Shown piece by piece: positions 18,756 through 28,854 of a DNA stretch of 63,829 nucleotides; the stretch's first letter is position 1, and each line of letters opens with the position of its first letter. A model generated the notes under the pieces. The model made no database searches. It was not told the DNA's origin and saw nothing but the letters and a program-made list of their open reading frames with translations. Source of the DNA: Myxococcota bacterium (GTDB taxonomy: Bacteria > Myxococcota > XYA12-FULL-58-9 > JALHOP01); contig JBDHVB010000002.1 of the NCBI GenBank assembly GCA_039809465.1, positions 1 through 63,829 on the forward strand, written 5' to 3'. Position numbers and translations under genes: made by a program.

Positions 18756-21581
18756 ATGGGCAAGGAAACGCTCTATCTCGTCGACGGCAGCGGCTACATC
18801 TACCGCGCGTTTTACGCCATCCGGTCGCTGTCGAATCGCCAGGGAGTGCCGACCAACGCGGTCTTTGGCTTTGCCCGCATGCTCATCAAGCTGCTGCGCG
18901 AGAAGAAGCCGCACCTCTTGGGCATCGCCTTCGACACCGATACCGACAACTTCCGGCACGAAATCTACAGCGAGTACAAAGCGACCCGCGACGCGAAACC
19001 CGAGGACTTGGTGCCGCAGTTCCCGCTCATTCACGAGCTGGTGAACGCCATGGAGATCCCGCTCCTCGCGCACACCCGCTACGAAGCGGACGACATCATC
19101 GCCACCCTCGCCCACCAAGGCGTCGCGCGCGGCTACGAGGTCGTCATCGTCAGCGCCGACAAGGACCTGATGCAGCTCGTCGGCGATCACGTCCTCATGT
19201 ACGACCCCATGAAGGACCAGACCTTCGACCGCGCCGGCGTCATCGCGAAGTTCGGCGTCCCCCCGGAGCTCGTGGCCGACGTGCTCGCTTTGGCGGGCGA
19301 CACCAGCGACAACGTGCCGGGCGTCCCCAAGGTCGGCATGAAGAGCGCCGCCAAGCTGGTCGATACCTTCGGCGACGTCGAAAAGGTCATCGCTGGCCTC
19401 GAAGCGCAGCAAAAGCTCAAGGCCGTCGAGCTCTCGGTCATCGAGAACATGCACCTCGCGCGCCTGTCGAAGCAGCTCACGGTCCTCGCCACGGACGCGC
19501 CGTTCACGCTCGATGTCGAGAAGCTCGCGTACACCGCGCCGCGCGCCGAGCTCATGGCTCCGTTTTTGCGGAAGATCGACGCGCTGCAGCTCCTGCGCGA
19601 GCTGGGCTTGAGCGAAACGCCCGCCGCTCCCGGCACCACCAGCGACCCCGACGTGCCCGATGCCCCGCCCGAGAGCGTCGAAGGCGAGGAAGATCCCTTC
19701 GGCACGCCGAGCCCCGCCGAGGTCCGAGAGGCCGCCGAGACGGTCACCTCGCCATTGCGGATGGTCGACGAGCCCGTCACCATCGACCGCTCGGTGTATC
19801 GCACCGTGACGACGCTCGAAGAGCTCGACACGTTCATCGCGACTGCACGCAAGAACGGACAGCTCACCTTCGACACCGAGACCACCTCGCAAGATCCGAT
19901 GCGCGCGGTGCTGGTGGGCTTCGCATTGAGCACACCCGGGACGCCCGCGGTCTACGTGCCCGTGAGCCACCGCTATCTCGGAGCACCGCCGCAGCTCGCC
20001 ACCGCCGACGTGATCGCGAAGCTCAAGCCGATCCTCGAGGATCAAAGCGTCCACAAGGTCGCGCACAACGCCAAGTACGACATCATCGTGCTAGAGCGGC
20101 ACGGCGTGCACATCCGCGGCGCCGTCGACGACACCATGCTCGCGGCGTACATCCTCGACCCTTCGCGCCTGTCGTATTCGATGGACACGCTCGCCCGCGA
20201 GGTCCTGGGCCACGACACCATCCGCTATGACGACGTCACCGGCACCGGCAAGTCGCGCATCAACTTCGAGGAAGTGCCAATCGAGCGCGCCACCGAGTAC
20301 GCCGCCGAGGACGCCGACGTCACCCAGCGCCTCGCCGCGACCCTCATGCCGCGCGTCGACCTGGCCGGCCAAGCCGAGCTCTACAACGACATGGAGATGC
20401 CGCTCACGTACGTTTTGGCGGACATGGAGCGCACCGGCATCCGCATCGACCACGAGACCTTGGCGGCGGTCGGCAACGAGCTCGGCGAGCGCATCCGCGC
20501 CATCGAGATCCGCGCGCACGCGGCCATCGGAGAGCCCGTGAACCTGGGCTCGCCCAAGCAGCTCGCCGAGCTGTTCTTCGTGAAGCTAGGCTATCCCGCG
20601 GGCAAGAAGACGCGCACCGGCTACTCGACCGACTCGGAGGTCCTCGAGGTGCTCGCCAAGGACTACGAGCTGCCGCGCATCGTCCTCGAGCACCGCTTGG
20701 TGACGAAGCTCAAGTCGACCTACGTCGATGCCCTGCCGCGCATCGTCCACCCCGAGACCGGGCGCGTGCACACGACGTTCAACCAGACGATCGCCGCGAC
20801 CGGCCGGCTGTCCAGCACCGATCCGAACCTGCAGAACATCCCCATCCGCACCGAGGACGGCAGGCGCATCCGCGCGGCGTTCATCCCCGAGCGCGGCTGG
20901 ACCCTGATCTCGGCGGACTACTCGCAGATCGAGCTGCGCATCATGGCGCACCTCTCCGAGGATCCGGACTTCATCGACGCCTTCGAGCGCGGTGAGGACA
21001 TCCACGCGCGCACCGCACGCGAGATCTTGCAAGGCTTCGACGAGCGCGAAGCACGCCGCAGAGCCAAGGCGATCAACTTCGGCATCCTCTACGGCATCTC
21101 GGAGTTCGGCCTGTCGAAGAACTTGTCGATCTCACGGACCGAGGCTGGCGCGTACATCCGCGCTTACTTCGCGCGCTACCCGCGGATCCGCCACTTCCTC
21201 GACGCGACCATCAACGAGGCAAGCGAGCGCGGCTTCGTGAGCACCATCTTCGGACGCCGGCGCTTCCTCCCGGAGCTCGGCAGCAAGAACCGCACGATCC
21301 GCCAGGGAGCCGAGCGCATCGCCATGAACACGCCGATGCAAGGCAGCGCCGCCGACATCATCAAGGTGGCGATGCTCCGCATCCACAAGCGCCTGCAGGC
21401 CGAGAAGCTGCAGGGTCGTCTGCTATTGCAGGTGCACGACGAGCTCGTGCTCGAGGCTCCACCGGATGAAACCGCGCGGGTCTCGGAGCTCGTGAAGCAC
21501 GAGATGCAAAACGTCATCAAGCTGCGGGTGCCGCTCGATGTCGAGGTGGGCACCGGACCGAACTGGGCTGCGGCGCATTAG
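18756..21581 (+). CDS. polA: DNA polymerase I
   Basis: 941 aa. 5'-nuclease N-terminus (LYLVDGSGYIYRAFYA), a 3'-5' exonuclease-like domain, and polymerase motifs (DYSQIELRIMAH, QVHDELVLE). Confidence 0.97.
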   Translation: MGKETLYLVDGSGYIYRAFYAIRSLSNRQGVPTNAVFGFARMLIKLLREKKPHLLGIAFDTDTDNFRHEIYSEYKATRDAKPEDLVPQFPLIHELVNAMEIPLLAHTRYEADDIIATLAHQGVARGYEVVIVSADKDLMQLVGDHVLMYDPMKDQTFDRAGVIAKFGVPPELVADVLALAGDTSDNVPGVPKVGMKSAAKLVDTFGDVEKVIAGLEAQQKLKAVELSVIENMHLARLSKQLTVLATDAPFTLDVEKLAYTAPRAELMAPFLRKIDALQLLRELGLSETPAAPGTTSDPDVPDAPPESVEGEEDPFGTPSPAEVREAAETVTSPLRMVDEPVTIDRSVYRTVTTLEELDTFIATARKNGQLTFDTETTSQDPMRAVLVGFALSTPGTPAVYVPVSHRYLGAPPQLATADVIAKLKPILEDQSVHKVAHNAKYDIIVLERHGVHIRGAVDDTMLAAYILDPSRLSYSMDTLAREVLGHDTIRYDDVTGTGKSRINFEEVPIERATEYAAEDADVTQRLAATLMPRVDLAGQAELYNDMEMPLTYVLADMERTGIRIDHETLAAVGNELGERIRAIEIRAHAAIGEPVNLGSPKQLAELFFVKLGYPAGKKTRTGYSTDSEVLEVLAKDYELPRIVLEHRLVTKLKSTYVDALPRIVHPETGRVHTTFNQTIAATGRLSSTDPNLQNIPIRTEDGRRIRAAFIPERGWTLISADYSQIELRIMAHLSEDPDFIDAFERGEDIHARTAREILQGFDEREARRRAKAINFGILYGISEFGLSKNLSISRTEAGAYIRAYFARYPRIRHFLDATINEASERGFVSTIFGRRRFLPELGSKNRTIRQGAERIAMNTPMQGSAADIIKVAMLRIHKRLQAEKLQGRLLLQVHDELVLEAPPDETARVSELVKHEMQNVIKLRVPLDVEVGTGPNWAAAH

Positions 21582-21605
21582 GCTTCGCTTCGCCTGGCTG
21601 ATGTC

Positions 21606-24600
21606 CTAAGCCGCGCGGGGAGCGGCGGCGCGCTGCAGGCGTTGGATCGCCTCGTTGAAGGCGCGCAGCGTCTCCGGAGCCGCTTCGGTGAAGCCTTGCG
21701 CCCGCATGGTGTCGCGGAACTCGGTGACCACGCCGAGCATTCTCTTCGGATCGACGCCGGGGTTCGCGAAGGTCTCACGCACACGCGCCGCGAGCTGCGT
21801 GTCGAGGGTGCGGCGTGAGGCCGCGACGCTGCTGCTCGTCACGTCGAAGAGCTCGCGGGTCATACCGCGCGACCGCAGCGCACCGAGTGACTGCTGCATC
21901 TCCTGCAAGCGGCCGAGCCGCGTGTAGAACTGGCTCACGTCGTTCGCGGGGATGGCGGCGCGGCCGATCTGGCTCGCCTCGTTGCGAAGCGCGTCGGCGA
22001 TCTGACGGTCGACACGGCCGAGCGCGCTCAAGTAGGTACGGCGCAGACCATCGACGTCCTGCGCGGCGATCGGACCGAGCTCGCGCTGCAGCCCCGCGAG
22101 CGAGGCCTGGCCCGAGGGTGTCTCGAGCATGGTGCGCATGGTGAGGAGCTCTTCGCGGGTGCGCATCGCGGTTTCGAGCGGCATGGCGCGCGTCCCGGCC
22201 TGGCGCGCGTGCATGTTCACTTGCTGCCAGCTGCGCAGCTCGAGCGCGCTGCGGCTCGTGTCGTGGACCAAACGCACGCCGCGCGTCGCCGAGGCGGCCG
22301 GACCAGGGTTCGCCCCCGGAGCGGTGGCGGCCGCGGTCGCTGGAGCGCGCAGGATCTGTTCGCCATCGCGGAGACGCTCGGCGGTCTGCACGAGCAGATT
22401 ACGTGCCTGCGCTTCGCTGAGACGCGCGGTCGTCTCGACGACGCCGAGGCGCTGCATGAGCGACATGGCGTTTTGCAACGCCTCGCCCTGGAGCTGAATG
22501 CCACTAGCGTTCGCGTAGAGGGTGAGGCTCGTGAGCCAGCGTGCCTGCTCCGTCATCGCGGCCACGCTGGTCGCGGGCGTGCGCGCCAGGACGGCCAAGT
22601 GCTGCTCGATGCCCTTGGCGAGCATGGCGCGCGCTTCATTGCTGATCTCGAGGACGGTGCCGGGCGGCGGCAACTGGCCACCCGAGAGCTGCGCAAAAGC
22701 CCGCTCCATCGAGCGCAGATCGCGGGCGCCAGCGTAACCACGCAAGGCCTGATCGAGCTGCTCGGCGGGCGTGCCCGCGGCGGCGGCCGGCGCGACACCA
22801 GCGGCGCGCAGCATCCACTGCGACAGCCCCATGATGCCCGCGAAGCCCAGACCGAAGATGGCGCCGCGCAACGCATCGCCGCCCACCTTGCGGAGCATCT
22901 CTTCGCGGCTCTCGAACTCCACGCCGATGTTGTTCGAAGCGGAGATGCCAGCGCCGACCGTCGCCATGACGATGCCGTTGCGCGCCGTGCTGGCGAGGAT
23001 GCCGGTGCCGGGGATGACGCGCGCGAGGATGCTGTTCACCTGCGGCGACGCCGAGCCGAGCCCCGCGAAGGCGCCGTACGAGAAGCCGCGCAGACCGCTC
23101 CAGAGGTACGGGTTGTCGCCACCCTGGAGCGGCGCGGTTGCAAGGCCAGCGACGGTGCCCACCGCGGCGACGGTGGCGATGCGCCCCGCGACGGTCGCGA
23201 GCACGGCAGCGCTGGGAGCCGCGCCGGCGCCGAACGTGCCGAGGCTGATGGCGATGGAGGCCACGGTCGTCGACACGAGGATGGTCGTGTCCTGGATGGA
23301 GCGCGCAAGAGCATCACGCTCGACTTCGAAGTTACGGCGCTGGCCCACGAGGCGCCGGACCGCTTCGCCCAGCCGGATCTGCTCGGCCTCGGTGAGCGTC
23401 GTCGGCTGACCACCGCTCGCGGCGCGGCGCTGCTCGACCGCCGTGAGCACCTGCGCGAGGGTCACCTCGAACTGCATCAAGCGCTCTTCGAGAGGCTCGC
23501 GTTCGTGATCGAACTGACGCAGCAACCAGGCGCAGCGCGACCCGAGGTCGGCCGTGATGGTGGCGGCGAGCTGCGCGCCGGTCTGGCTCATCGCTTCGGC
23601 GCTGGTGACGTCGAAGCCGGTGAGGAACTGCAAGGCGCGCTGGCGCTCTTCACCACGCAAGGCGTTGCGCACCGCGCCGCGCAGGTCGGGCGTGCCGCCG
23701 GGAGGAGCGACCTGGGCCTGCGCCATGGCGGCGGCGACCTGCTCGTAGGCGCGCTCGACACCGCTGAGCTGCACGAAAGGCGTCCGCGATAGCACCGTGC
23801 TGACCGCCGCGGCGTCGTTACGCTGCAAGGCAAAGAAGAGCTGCGCCGCCGGCGACAGACGGCCGGTGTCGTCGTAGAACGCAGCCGGCGCCTGCGGACC
23901 GCCGATGCGGGCGACGATGAGCGCGGCTTCGCTGGTGGGACCGCAGCGCTGCGAGACGTACTGGAAGAGCGCGCTGGGTCGGGCGTTCGGGTCACCGCCG
24001 GCGATCTGCGCGGCGGTCTGATTCATGATGGCGAGCTCTTGGTCGTTGAAGAGATCGCCATCCGTCCGCTTCAGCAGACGGGCAATCTCGACTGGATCGC
24101 TGCTGCCGAGGATGCGGCGCGCGATGCCCGCGGGCTCATCGGGGCTCGCGTTGTCGCGCTGGACCACCTGCACCATGGCGTCGTTGCCGAGGCGCTGCAG
24201 GATGGCGGCGAGCGGCGCGCTCTGCGAGCGCTCGGGGTTCAAACGGAAGTCGGCGTTGACCACGTCGTCCCAGGTCGGCGTGCCCGACTCGGTGGTGCCG
24301 AGGAGCTTCAACGTGTCGCGGATGGCGGCCGGGTCGCTCGCGCGGGCGCGCAACGAGAGCGCGATGTAGCGGGCGGTCGACTGCGGATCGCTGCGCGTGC
24401 CCATGAGCAGGGACTGGAAGCGGATCATCTGGTCGCCGTCGAGGACGCTGAGCGCGCGCGTCTCGAACGAACCGCCGTGCTCACGGCCAAAGCCCGCGTC
24501 GAAGGCGGCGTTGATGGTCGCCATCTGCTCGCGGGTGCGGCCTTCGAAGAGCTTCAAGAAATCCTCGCCGCGGGCTTGGGTCGCGGCCATGGCGATGTCG

Positions 24601-26087
24601 AAGGAGCGGCGGTCGGTGCCCGGCGGCATGCGCAAGATCGCGAGAGCGCGGTCGCGCTGCGCTCCGCTAAAGCCGCCAGTGACGTTCTTCCAGCGGGCGT
24701 ACTCGCTGCTGATGAGATCGGCGAGCGGGTTCGTGCCCTGCGGTGCGGGCTGGATGCTGCCGTCGAGCGGAGCGGGCCGGCGATCCGGGTAGATCATGTC
24801 GGTGATGCGGCCGAGGATGCTGCTCGGATCGTGGTTGAAGCGCTCGTTCGAGACGATGCCCCAGCCGTTCGGGTTGGCGCCGGCGCGGCTCGCGATGACC
24901 GCGTTCGCGGCGTCGACACCGATGCCGTCGACGATGTCCCAGAGCGCGTCCTCGAGGCTCGCGTCGGCGGTACCGATGGCGGCGTCGAGCTGACCGAAGC
25001 CACGCTGGCGGAAACCGATGGCGGCGAGCACCGCGCGGATCGGCGGGCTCACCTGACCGTCGAAGGGCGAATTCTCGTCGTTCCAGACGTACTCGCTGGC
25101 GCGCAAGATGTCGCGGCTCGACAGGCCCGACGCCCGCAGGTCGGCGATGAGCTGCCACTCGTTCTGCGAGCCGGCCGCTTGAGCGTACATGATGCGCGCT
25201 TGGCTGTTGGTCCAGTCGGGGCTCGACATCATGGCGTAGATGATGCGGAGGACGGCGTTGCGATCCTTGGGGCCGGTGAGCTGCTGGCGCAGGCCCTGGA
25301 CGAGCTGACCGAGCTGGGCAGCGGCGTCCGGCGCGGGGGTGGCGGCGGGCGCAACGGCGGCGGCAGCGGGGTCTTGGGGCGGCGCGACCGGCGGCAGGAG
25401 GACCCGACTTGGGTCGTTCGGATCGGGGATGGGCTGGCTCGGATCGGCCGGCGGTGCGGCGAGGGTCGGCTGTTGCGGATCGGCGAGCTGCGACTCCAGG
25501 GGGGCCGTCGCGGGCTGCATATCGCCGGGCTGCGGGAGCGCGGCAGGCTGCGCCTGCATATCGACGGGCTGAGGAACCGACGCGTCAGCGGGCTGAAGCT
25601 GCGGATCGACCGGCGGCTGCGCGTCGACCGGCGCCGGCCGCGCCTGGATGTCGAGCGGATCGACCGTAAGATCCTGCGTTGGAATCGCCTGCTGCGGCTG
25701 CGGTCCACGTGGGGCGGTCGCAGGAGCAGCAAGCCGCGGCCCCTCGGTGGCGCGCCCCCGCACCACGCCACGCGCGCGATCGCGATCGACCGTCGCGAAG
25801 CCATCGGCCGAGATGCCCTGGAAGGCCTCCCGCCAGACCTGAGCGCGCTCCCCCACGATCGATTCACGGCGCGGCAGCCAAATCGGGGTGCCGGCGGCGA
25901 TGCGGCGGAAATCGCTGATGCCGTTGACCTGGGCGATCGCCGCGAGCACGTCGCGGGTCACGGGGATGTTGCGCGCCCGCAAGGCAGCGATCACCGAGCT
26001 CCCGCTGGTGAGTGGCACTGCTTCCCAATCCGCCTGCCCGGTACTGCCTAACGTCGGAGGCGTTGGCGCAATGGCCTGCTGGCTCAT
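21606..26087 (-). CDS. Very large hypothetical protein: N-terminal LysM-like domain, Pro/Gln-rich repeats, annexin-like repeats, central Gly/Ala-rich hydrophobic (glycine-zipper-like) region, helical C-terminal third
   Basis: 1493-aa ORF. The LysM-like segment is SSVIAALRARNIPVTRDVLAAIAQVNGISDFRRIAAGTPIWLP. PVD/PQ repeats occupy roughly residues 150-260. The annexin-like segment is RDRALAILRMPPGTDRRSFDIAMAA...GRTREQMATINAAFDAGFG...LSVLDGDQMIRFQSLLMG. The hydrophobic Gly/Ala block is VSTTVASIAISLGTFGAGAAPSAAVLATVAGRIATVAAVGTVAGLATA...GAIFGLGFAGIMGL. The long + ORFs on the opposite strand are shadows. Confidence 0.8.
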   Translation of the reverse strand: MSQQAIAPTPPTLGSTGQADWEAVPLTSGSSVIAALRARNIPVTRDVLAAIAQVNGISDFRRIAAGTPIWLPRRESIVGERAQVWREAFQGISADGFATVDRDRARGVVRGRATEGPRLAAPATAPRGPQPQQAIPTQDLTVDPLDIQARPAPVDAQPPVDPQLQPADASVPQPVDMQAQPAALPQPGDMQPATAPLESQLADPQQPTLAAPPADPSQPIPDPNDPSRVLLPPVAPPQDPAAAAVAPAATPAPDAAAQLGQLVQGLRQQLTGPKDRNAVLRIIYAMMSSPDWTNSQARIMYAQAAGSQNEWQLIADLRASGLSSRDILRASEYVWNDENSPFDGQVSPPIRAVLAAIGFRQRGFGQLDAAIGTADASLEDALWDIVDGIGVDAANAVIASRAGANPNGWGIVSNERFNHDPSSILGRITDMIYPDRRPAPLDGSIQPAPQGTNPLADLISSEYARWKNVTGGFSGAQRDRALAILRMPPGTDRRSFDIAMAATQARGEDFLKLFEGRTREQMATINAAFDAGFGREHGGSFETRALSVLDGDQMIRFQSLLMGTRSDPQSTARYIALSLRARASDPAAIRDTLKLLGTTESGTPTWDDVVNADFRLNPERSQSAPLAAILQRLGNDAMVQVVQRDNASPDEPAGIARRILGSSDPVEIARLLKRTDGDLFNDQELAIMNQTAAQIAGGDPNARPSALFQYVSQRCGPTSEAALIVARIGGPQAPAAFYDDTGRLSPAAQLFFALQRNDAAAVSTVLSRTPFVQLSGVERAYEQVAAAMAQAQVAPPGGTPDLRGAVRNALRGEERQRALQFLTGFDVTSAEAMSQTGAQLAATITADLGSRCAWLLRQFDHEREPLEERLMQFEVTLAQVLTAVEQRRAASGGQPTTLTEAEQIRLGEAVRRLVGQRRNFEVERDALARSIQDTTILVSTTVASIAISLGTFGAGAAPSAAVLATVAGRIATVAAVGTVAGLATAPLQGGDNPYLWSGLRGFSYGAFAGLGSASPQVNSILARVIPGTGILASTARNGIVMATVGAGISASNNIGVEFESREEMLRKVGGDALRGAIFGLGFAGIMGLSQWMLRAAGVAPAAAAGTPAEQLDQALRGYAGARDLRSMERAFAQLSGGQLPPPGTVLEISNEARAMLAKGIEQHLAVLARTPATSVAAMTEQARWLTSLTLYANASGIQLQGEALQNAMSLMQRLGVVETTARLSEAQARNLLVQTAERLRDGEQILRAPATAAATAPGANPGPAASATRGVRLVHDTSRSALELRSWQQVNMHARQAGTRAMPLETAMRTREELLTMRTMLETPSGQASLAGLQRELGPIAAQDVDGLRRTYLSALGRVDRQIADALRNEASQIGRAAIPANDVSQFYTRLGRLQEMQQSLGALRSRGMTRELFDVTSSSVAASRRTLDTQLAARVRETFANPGVDPKRMLGVVTEFRDTMRAQGFTEAAPETLRAFNEAIQRLQRAAAPRAA

Positions 26088-26196
26088 CCGTGCTCCCAGT
26101 CGACTGCGGGTCGGCGTGGTGTGTTAAACAATTTCCGGGACACTTCGGGCCGTTGGCCGTGGTGACCCCGTCCGCATTATCGGCTCGTGAAGTGCA

Positions 26197-27912
26197 ATGT
26201 CGCCTAAGACCGCAAAAACTCGTGTGACACCGAAACAGCCGGCCAGATCGCGACTTAGCTCGCGTGAAAGCCTGGCAGAGCAGCTCGCCGCGGTCCGTGC
26301 CATCGGCGAATCGTTGGCCCACACCGTGGGGGTCGACCAGCTCCTGGCTCAAGTCCTCGTCCAGGTGACCCGGCTCATGCGGGCGGCGCGCACCACCCTG
26401 TTCATCCATGATCCCGACGCCGGGGAGATCTGGAGCAAGGTCGCCGAGGGCATCGAGACGCGCGAGATCCGGCTCCCAGTCGGCCAGGGCATCGCCGGTT
26501 GGGTGGCCGAGCATCGCAAACCCGCGATCGTCGTCGACGCCTATGCCGACAATCGCTTCAACCCGGCCGTCGACAAGAAGACCGGCTTTCGGACGCGCTC
26601 GGTCGCCGCGGCCCCCCTCCTCGATCCCGAGGGTCGGCTGCTCGGCGTCGTCCAAGTCCTGAACCGCCGGGGCGGACCGTTCAACGAGCAGGACATGGGC
26701 CTGCTGATCGCGATCGCGGCGCAGATCTCGTTCGTGCTCGAGAACGCGCGCCTCTCGGAGGAGCTGCTCAAGCGTAACCGCGAGCTCGACCTGCTCTACG
26801 CACTCGAGCAGGAAGCGTCGGCGAGCCTCGACGTCCGCGAGCTCCTACGCTCGGCGCTGGTGCTGGTATGCGGCCAGCTCCACGCGCATGCCGCCGCGGT
26901 GCTGCTGCGGCCGAGCCGCGGCGCGCCGGTCCTCTACCGCTACAACGTGACCCGCAAGAGCTTGTCCGTCGAAGCGGTCAAAGCCGACGAGCCGCTGGCG
27001 TTCGTGGCCGATCATGGCGCGGCCATGCCCGAGCGCAGCATCTTGCGGGTGCCGCTCGTGTGGGATCGCCGCATCATCGGCGCCTTCGAGGTCTCGCAGC
27101 CCGAACCAGCGAGCGACGGCAGCGCGCGCTTCAAGGACGACGACATCAAGACGATGACCGTGGTCGCGGCGCAGCTCTCGCGTGTGATCACCAACGCCGA
27201 CGAGCGCAACCAGCGCAGCACGCAAGAACGGCTCGCGGCGGTGGGCCAGATGCTCGCGAGCGTGGCGCACGATCTACGCACGCCGATGACCGTGGTCTCG
27301 GGCTACGCGCAGCTCATGGGTGAAGGCGATGATCCGTCACAGCGGACGTTTCGCTGCAACCGCATCCTCACGCAGATCGACGACATGATGGCGATGATCG
27401 GCGACCTCCTGGCGTTCGCGCGGGGCGACAAACAGCTGCGCGCGACCAGCGTGAAGCTCGAGGCCTTGGCCGCGGACATGGAAGAGATCCTCGGGGCGAC
27501 GTGCACGCCACGCGGCATCAACCTGTCCATCGACCGGAGCGGCGATACCGCGATGGTGGACTTGGGCCGCGTCAAGCGCATCCTCCAGAACCTCGCCAAG
27601 AACGCCATCGACGTCATGCGCCGGGGCGACAGCCTGTTCATCGCCATGGCGAGCTCGGATGAAGGTCTGAAACTTACAGTGCGTGACCAGGGTCCAGGGA
27701 TGACCGAGGCGAAGCGCGCCCGTCTTTTCGAGCCGTTCTTCAGTGACAAGACGGGGGGCACCGGTCTTGGCCTCACCATCGTCAAGCGCTTCGTCGAGGA
27801 TCACGCGGGCAGCATCGCGGTAAAAAGTGCGCCCGGCGAGGGTACGACTGTCGAGGTGCTCTTGCCGCACGCGTCTTGTTCTGAGAACGATAGAGCCATG
27901 GGTGCGATGTGA
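26197..27912 (+). CDS. GAF-domain sensor histidine kinase
   Basis: 571 aa with two GAF-like regions, the H-box ASVAHDLRTPMTVVSGYAQLM, and an HATPase domain (N-box LQNLAKNAIDV; DQGPGM; GGTGLGLTIVKRFV). Confidence 0.9.
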   Translation: MSPKTAKTRVTPKQPARSRLSSRESLAEQLAAVRAIGESLAHTVGVDQLLAQVLVQVTRLMRAARTTLFIHDPDAGEIWSKVAEGIETREIRLPVGQGIAGWVAEHRKPAIVVDAYADNRFNPAVDKKTGFRTRSVAAAPLLDPEGRLLGVVQVLNRRGGPFNEQDMGLLIAIAAQISFVLENARLSEELLKRNRELDLLYALEQEASASLDVRELLRSALVLVCGQLHAHAAAVLLRPSRGAPVLYRYNVTRKSLSVEAVKADEPLAFVADHGAAMPERSILRVPLVWDRRIIGAFEVSQPEPASDGSARFKDDDIKTMTVVAAQLSRVITNADERNQRSTQERLAAVGQMLASVAHDLRTPMTVVSGYAQLMGEGDDPSQRTFRCNRILTQIDDMMAMIGDLLAFARGDKQLRATSVKLEALAADMEEILGATCTPRGINLSIDRSGDTAMVDLGRVKRILQNLAKNAIDVMRRGDSLFIAMASSDEGLKLTVRDQGPGMTEAKRARLFEPFFSDKTGGTGLGLTIVKRFVEDHAGSIAVKSAPGEGTTVEVLLPHASCSENDRAMGAM

Positions 27913-28850
27913 CCACTAGCGGTGCGCCAGTCGAGCTCCAGGAGCGCTTCGGTCCTTACACACTCGTCCGCAAAATCGGACAAGGCGGCATGGCCGAGGT
28001 CTTCCTCGCCTACCGCGATGGCCAACAGCAAGGCACGCCCCCCGTCGTCGTCAAGCGTCTGCACCGCGAGCTCGAGAGCAATCGCGATGCCGTCGATCTG
28101 TTTTTGACCGAAGCGGACGTCACCCTCTTGCTCGAGCATCCCAACGTCATTCGCGTGCACGACTCCGGCGAGGCCGGCGGCCGCTACTACATGGCGATGG
28201 AGTACGTGCACGGCAAGGATCTGGGGCAGATCACCGACCGCCTGCAGCAGCTCGGCCGCGGCTTCGACGTCGATGTCGCGGTGCATGTGATGATCGAGGT
28301 CTTGAAGGGCCTGGACTACGTGCACCACGCAAAGACCGTGTCCGGCCGTGAGCTCGGCATCGTGCACCGCGATGTCACGCCTTCGAACATCTACATCTCG
28401 TCGACCGGCCAGGTGAAGCTCGGCGACTTCGGTGTCGCGAAGCTCGTCGGCGTCGAAGGCTGGACCATGGCGGGCTCGCTCAAGGGCAAGCTCGGGTATC
28501 TGTCGCCCGAGCAAATCGAGGGCGCGTCTCCCACGCAGGCGATCGATCTGTGGAGCGCGGCCATCTGCTTGTTCGAGATGCTCGCCGGTCAGCGGGTCTT
28601 CGTCGGCGACAACGAGCTCGACGTCATGCTGCGCATCAAGGCGGCCAAGGTCCCGGCGCTGAGGAAGCTCAATCCGGACGTGCCCAAGCCCCTCGTGAAG
28701 ATCATGGAGACGGCGCTGCACAAGAAAGAGCGCAAGCGTTTCCAGACGGCGCGCGACTTCATGAACGAGCTCATCGTCTACCGCGAGAAGAGCGGAACGA
28801 CGCTCAACGAAGCGGGCCTCGTGCAGAATCTCACGCAGCGCTTGTCGTGA
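27909..28850 (+). CDS. Ser/Thr protein kinase (Hanks type), kinase domain only
   Basis: 313 aa. The GTG start overlaps the HK stop (GTGA). IGQGGMAEVFLA, VVVKRL, HRDVTPSNIY, KLGDFGVAK, YLSPEQ. Confidence 0.9.
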   Translation: MTTSGAPVELQERFGPYTLVRKIGQGGMAEVFLAYRDGQQQGTPPVVVKRLHRELESNRDAVDLFLTEADVTLLLEHPNVIRVHDSGEAGGRYYMAMEYVHGKDLGQITDRLQQLGRGFDVDVAVHVMIEVLKGLDYVHHAKTVSGRELGIVHRDVTPSNIYISSTGQVKLGDFGVAKLVGVEGWTMAGSLKGKLGYLSPEQIEGASPTQAIDLWSAAICLFEMLAGQRVFVGDNELDVMLRIKAAKVPALRKLNPDVPKPLVKIMETALHKKERKRFQTARDFMNELIVYREKSGTTLNEAGLVQNLTQRLS

Positions 28851-28854
28851 CCCG

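Noticed and set aside
22209-26051. Long + strand ORFs (22209..23792, 24039..26051 and smaller ones) opposite the 1493-aa gene
   Set aside because: Their composition is Arg/Gly/Asp/His-rich with no motifs, and the minus-strand frame is continuous for 4.5 kb with domain-like sequence. They are antisense shadows.
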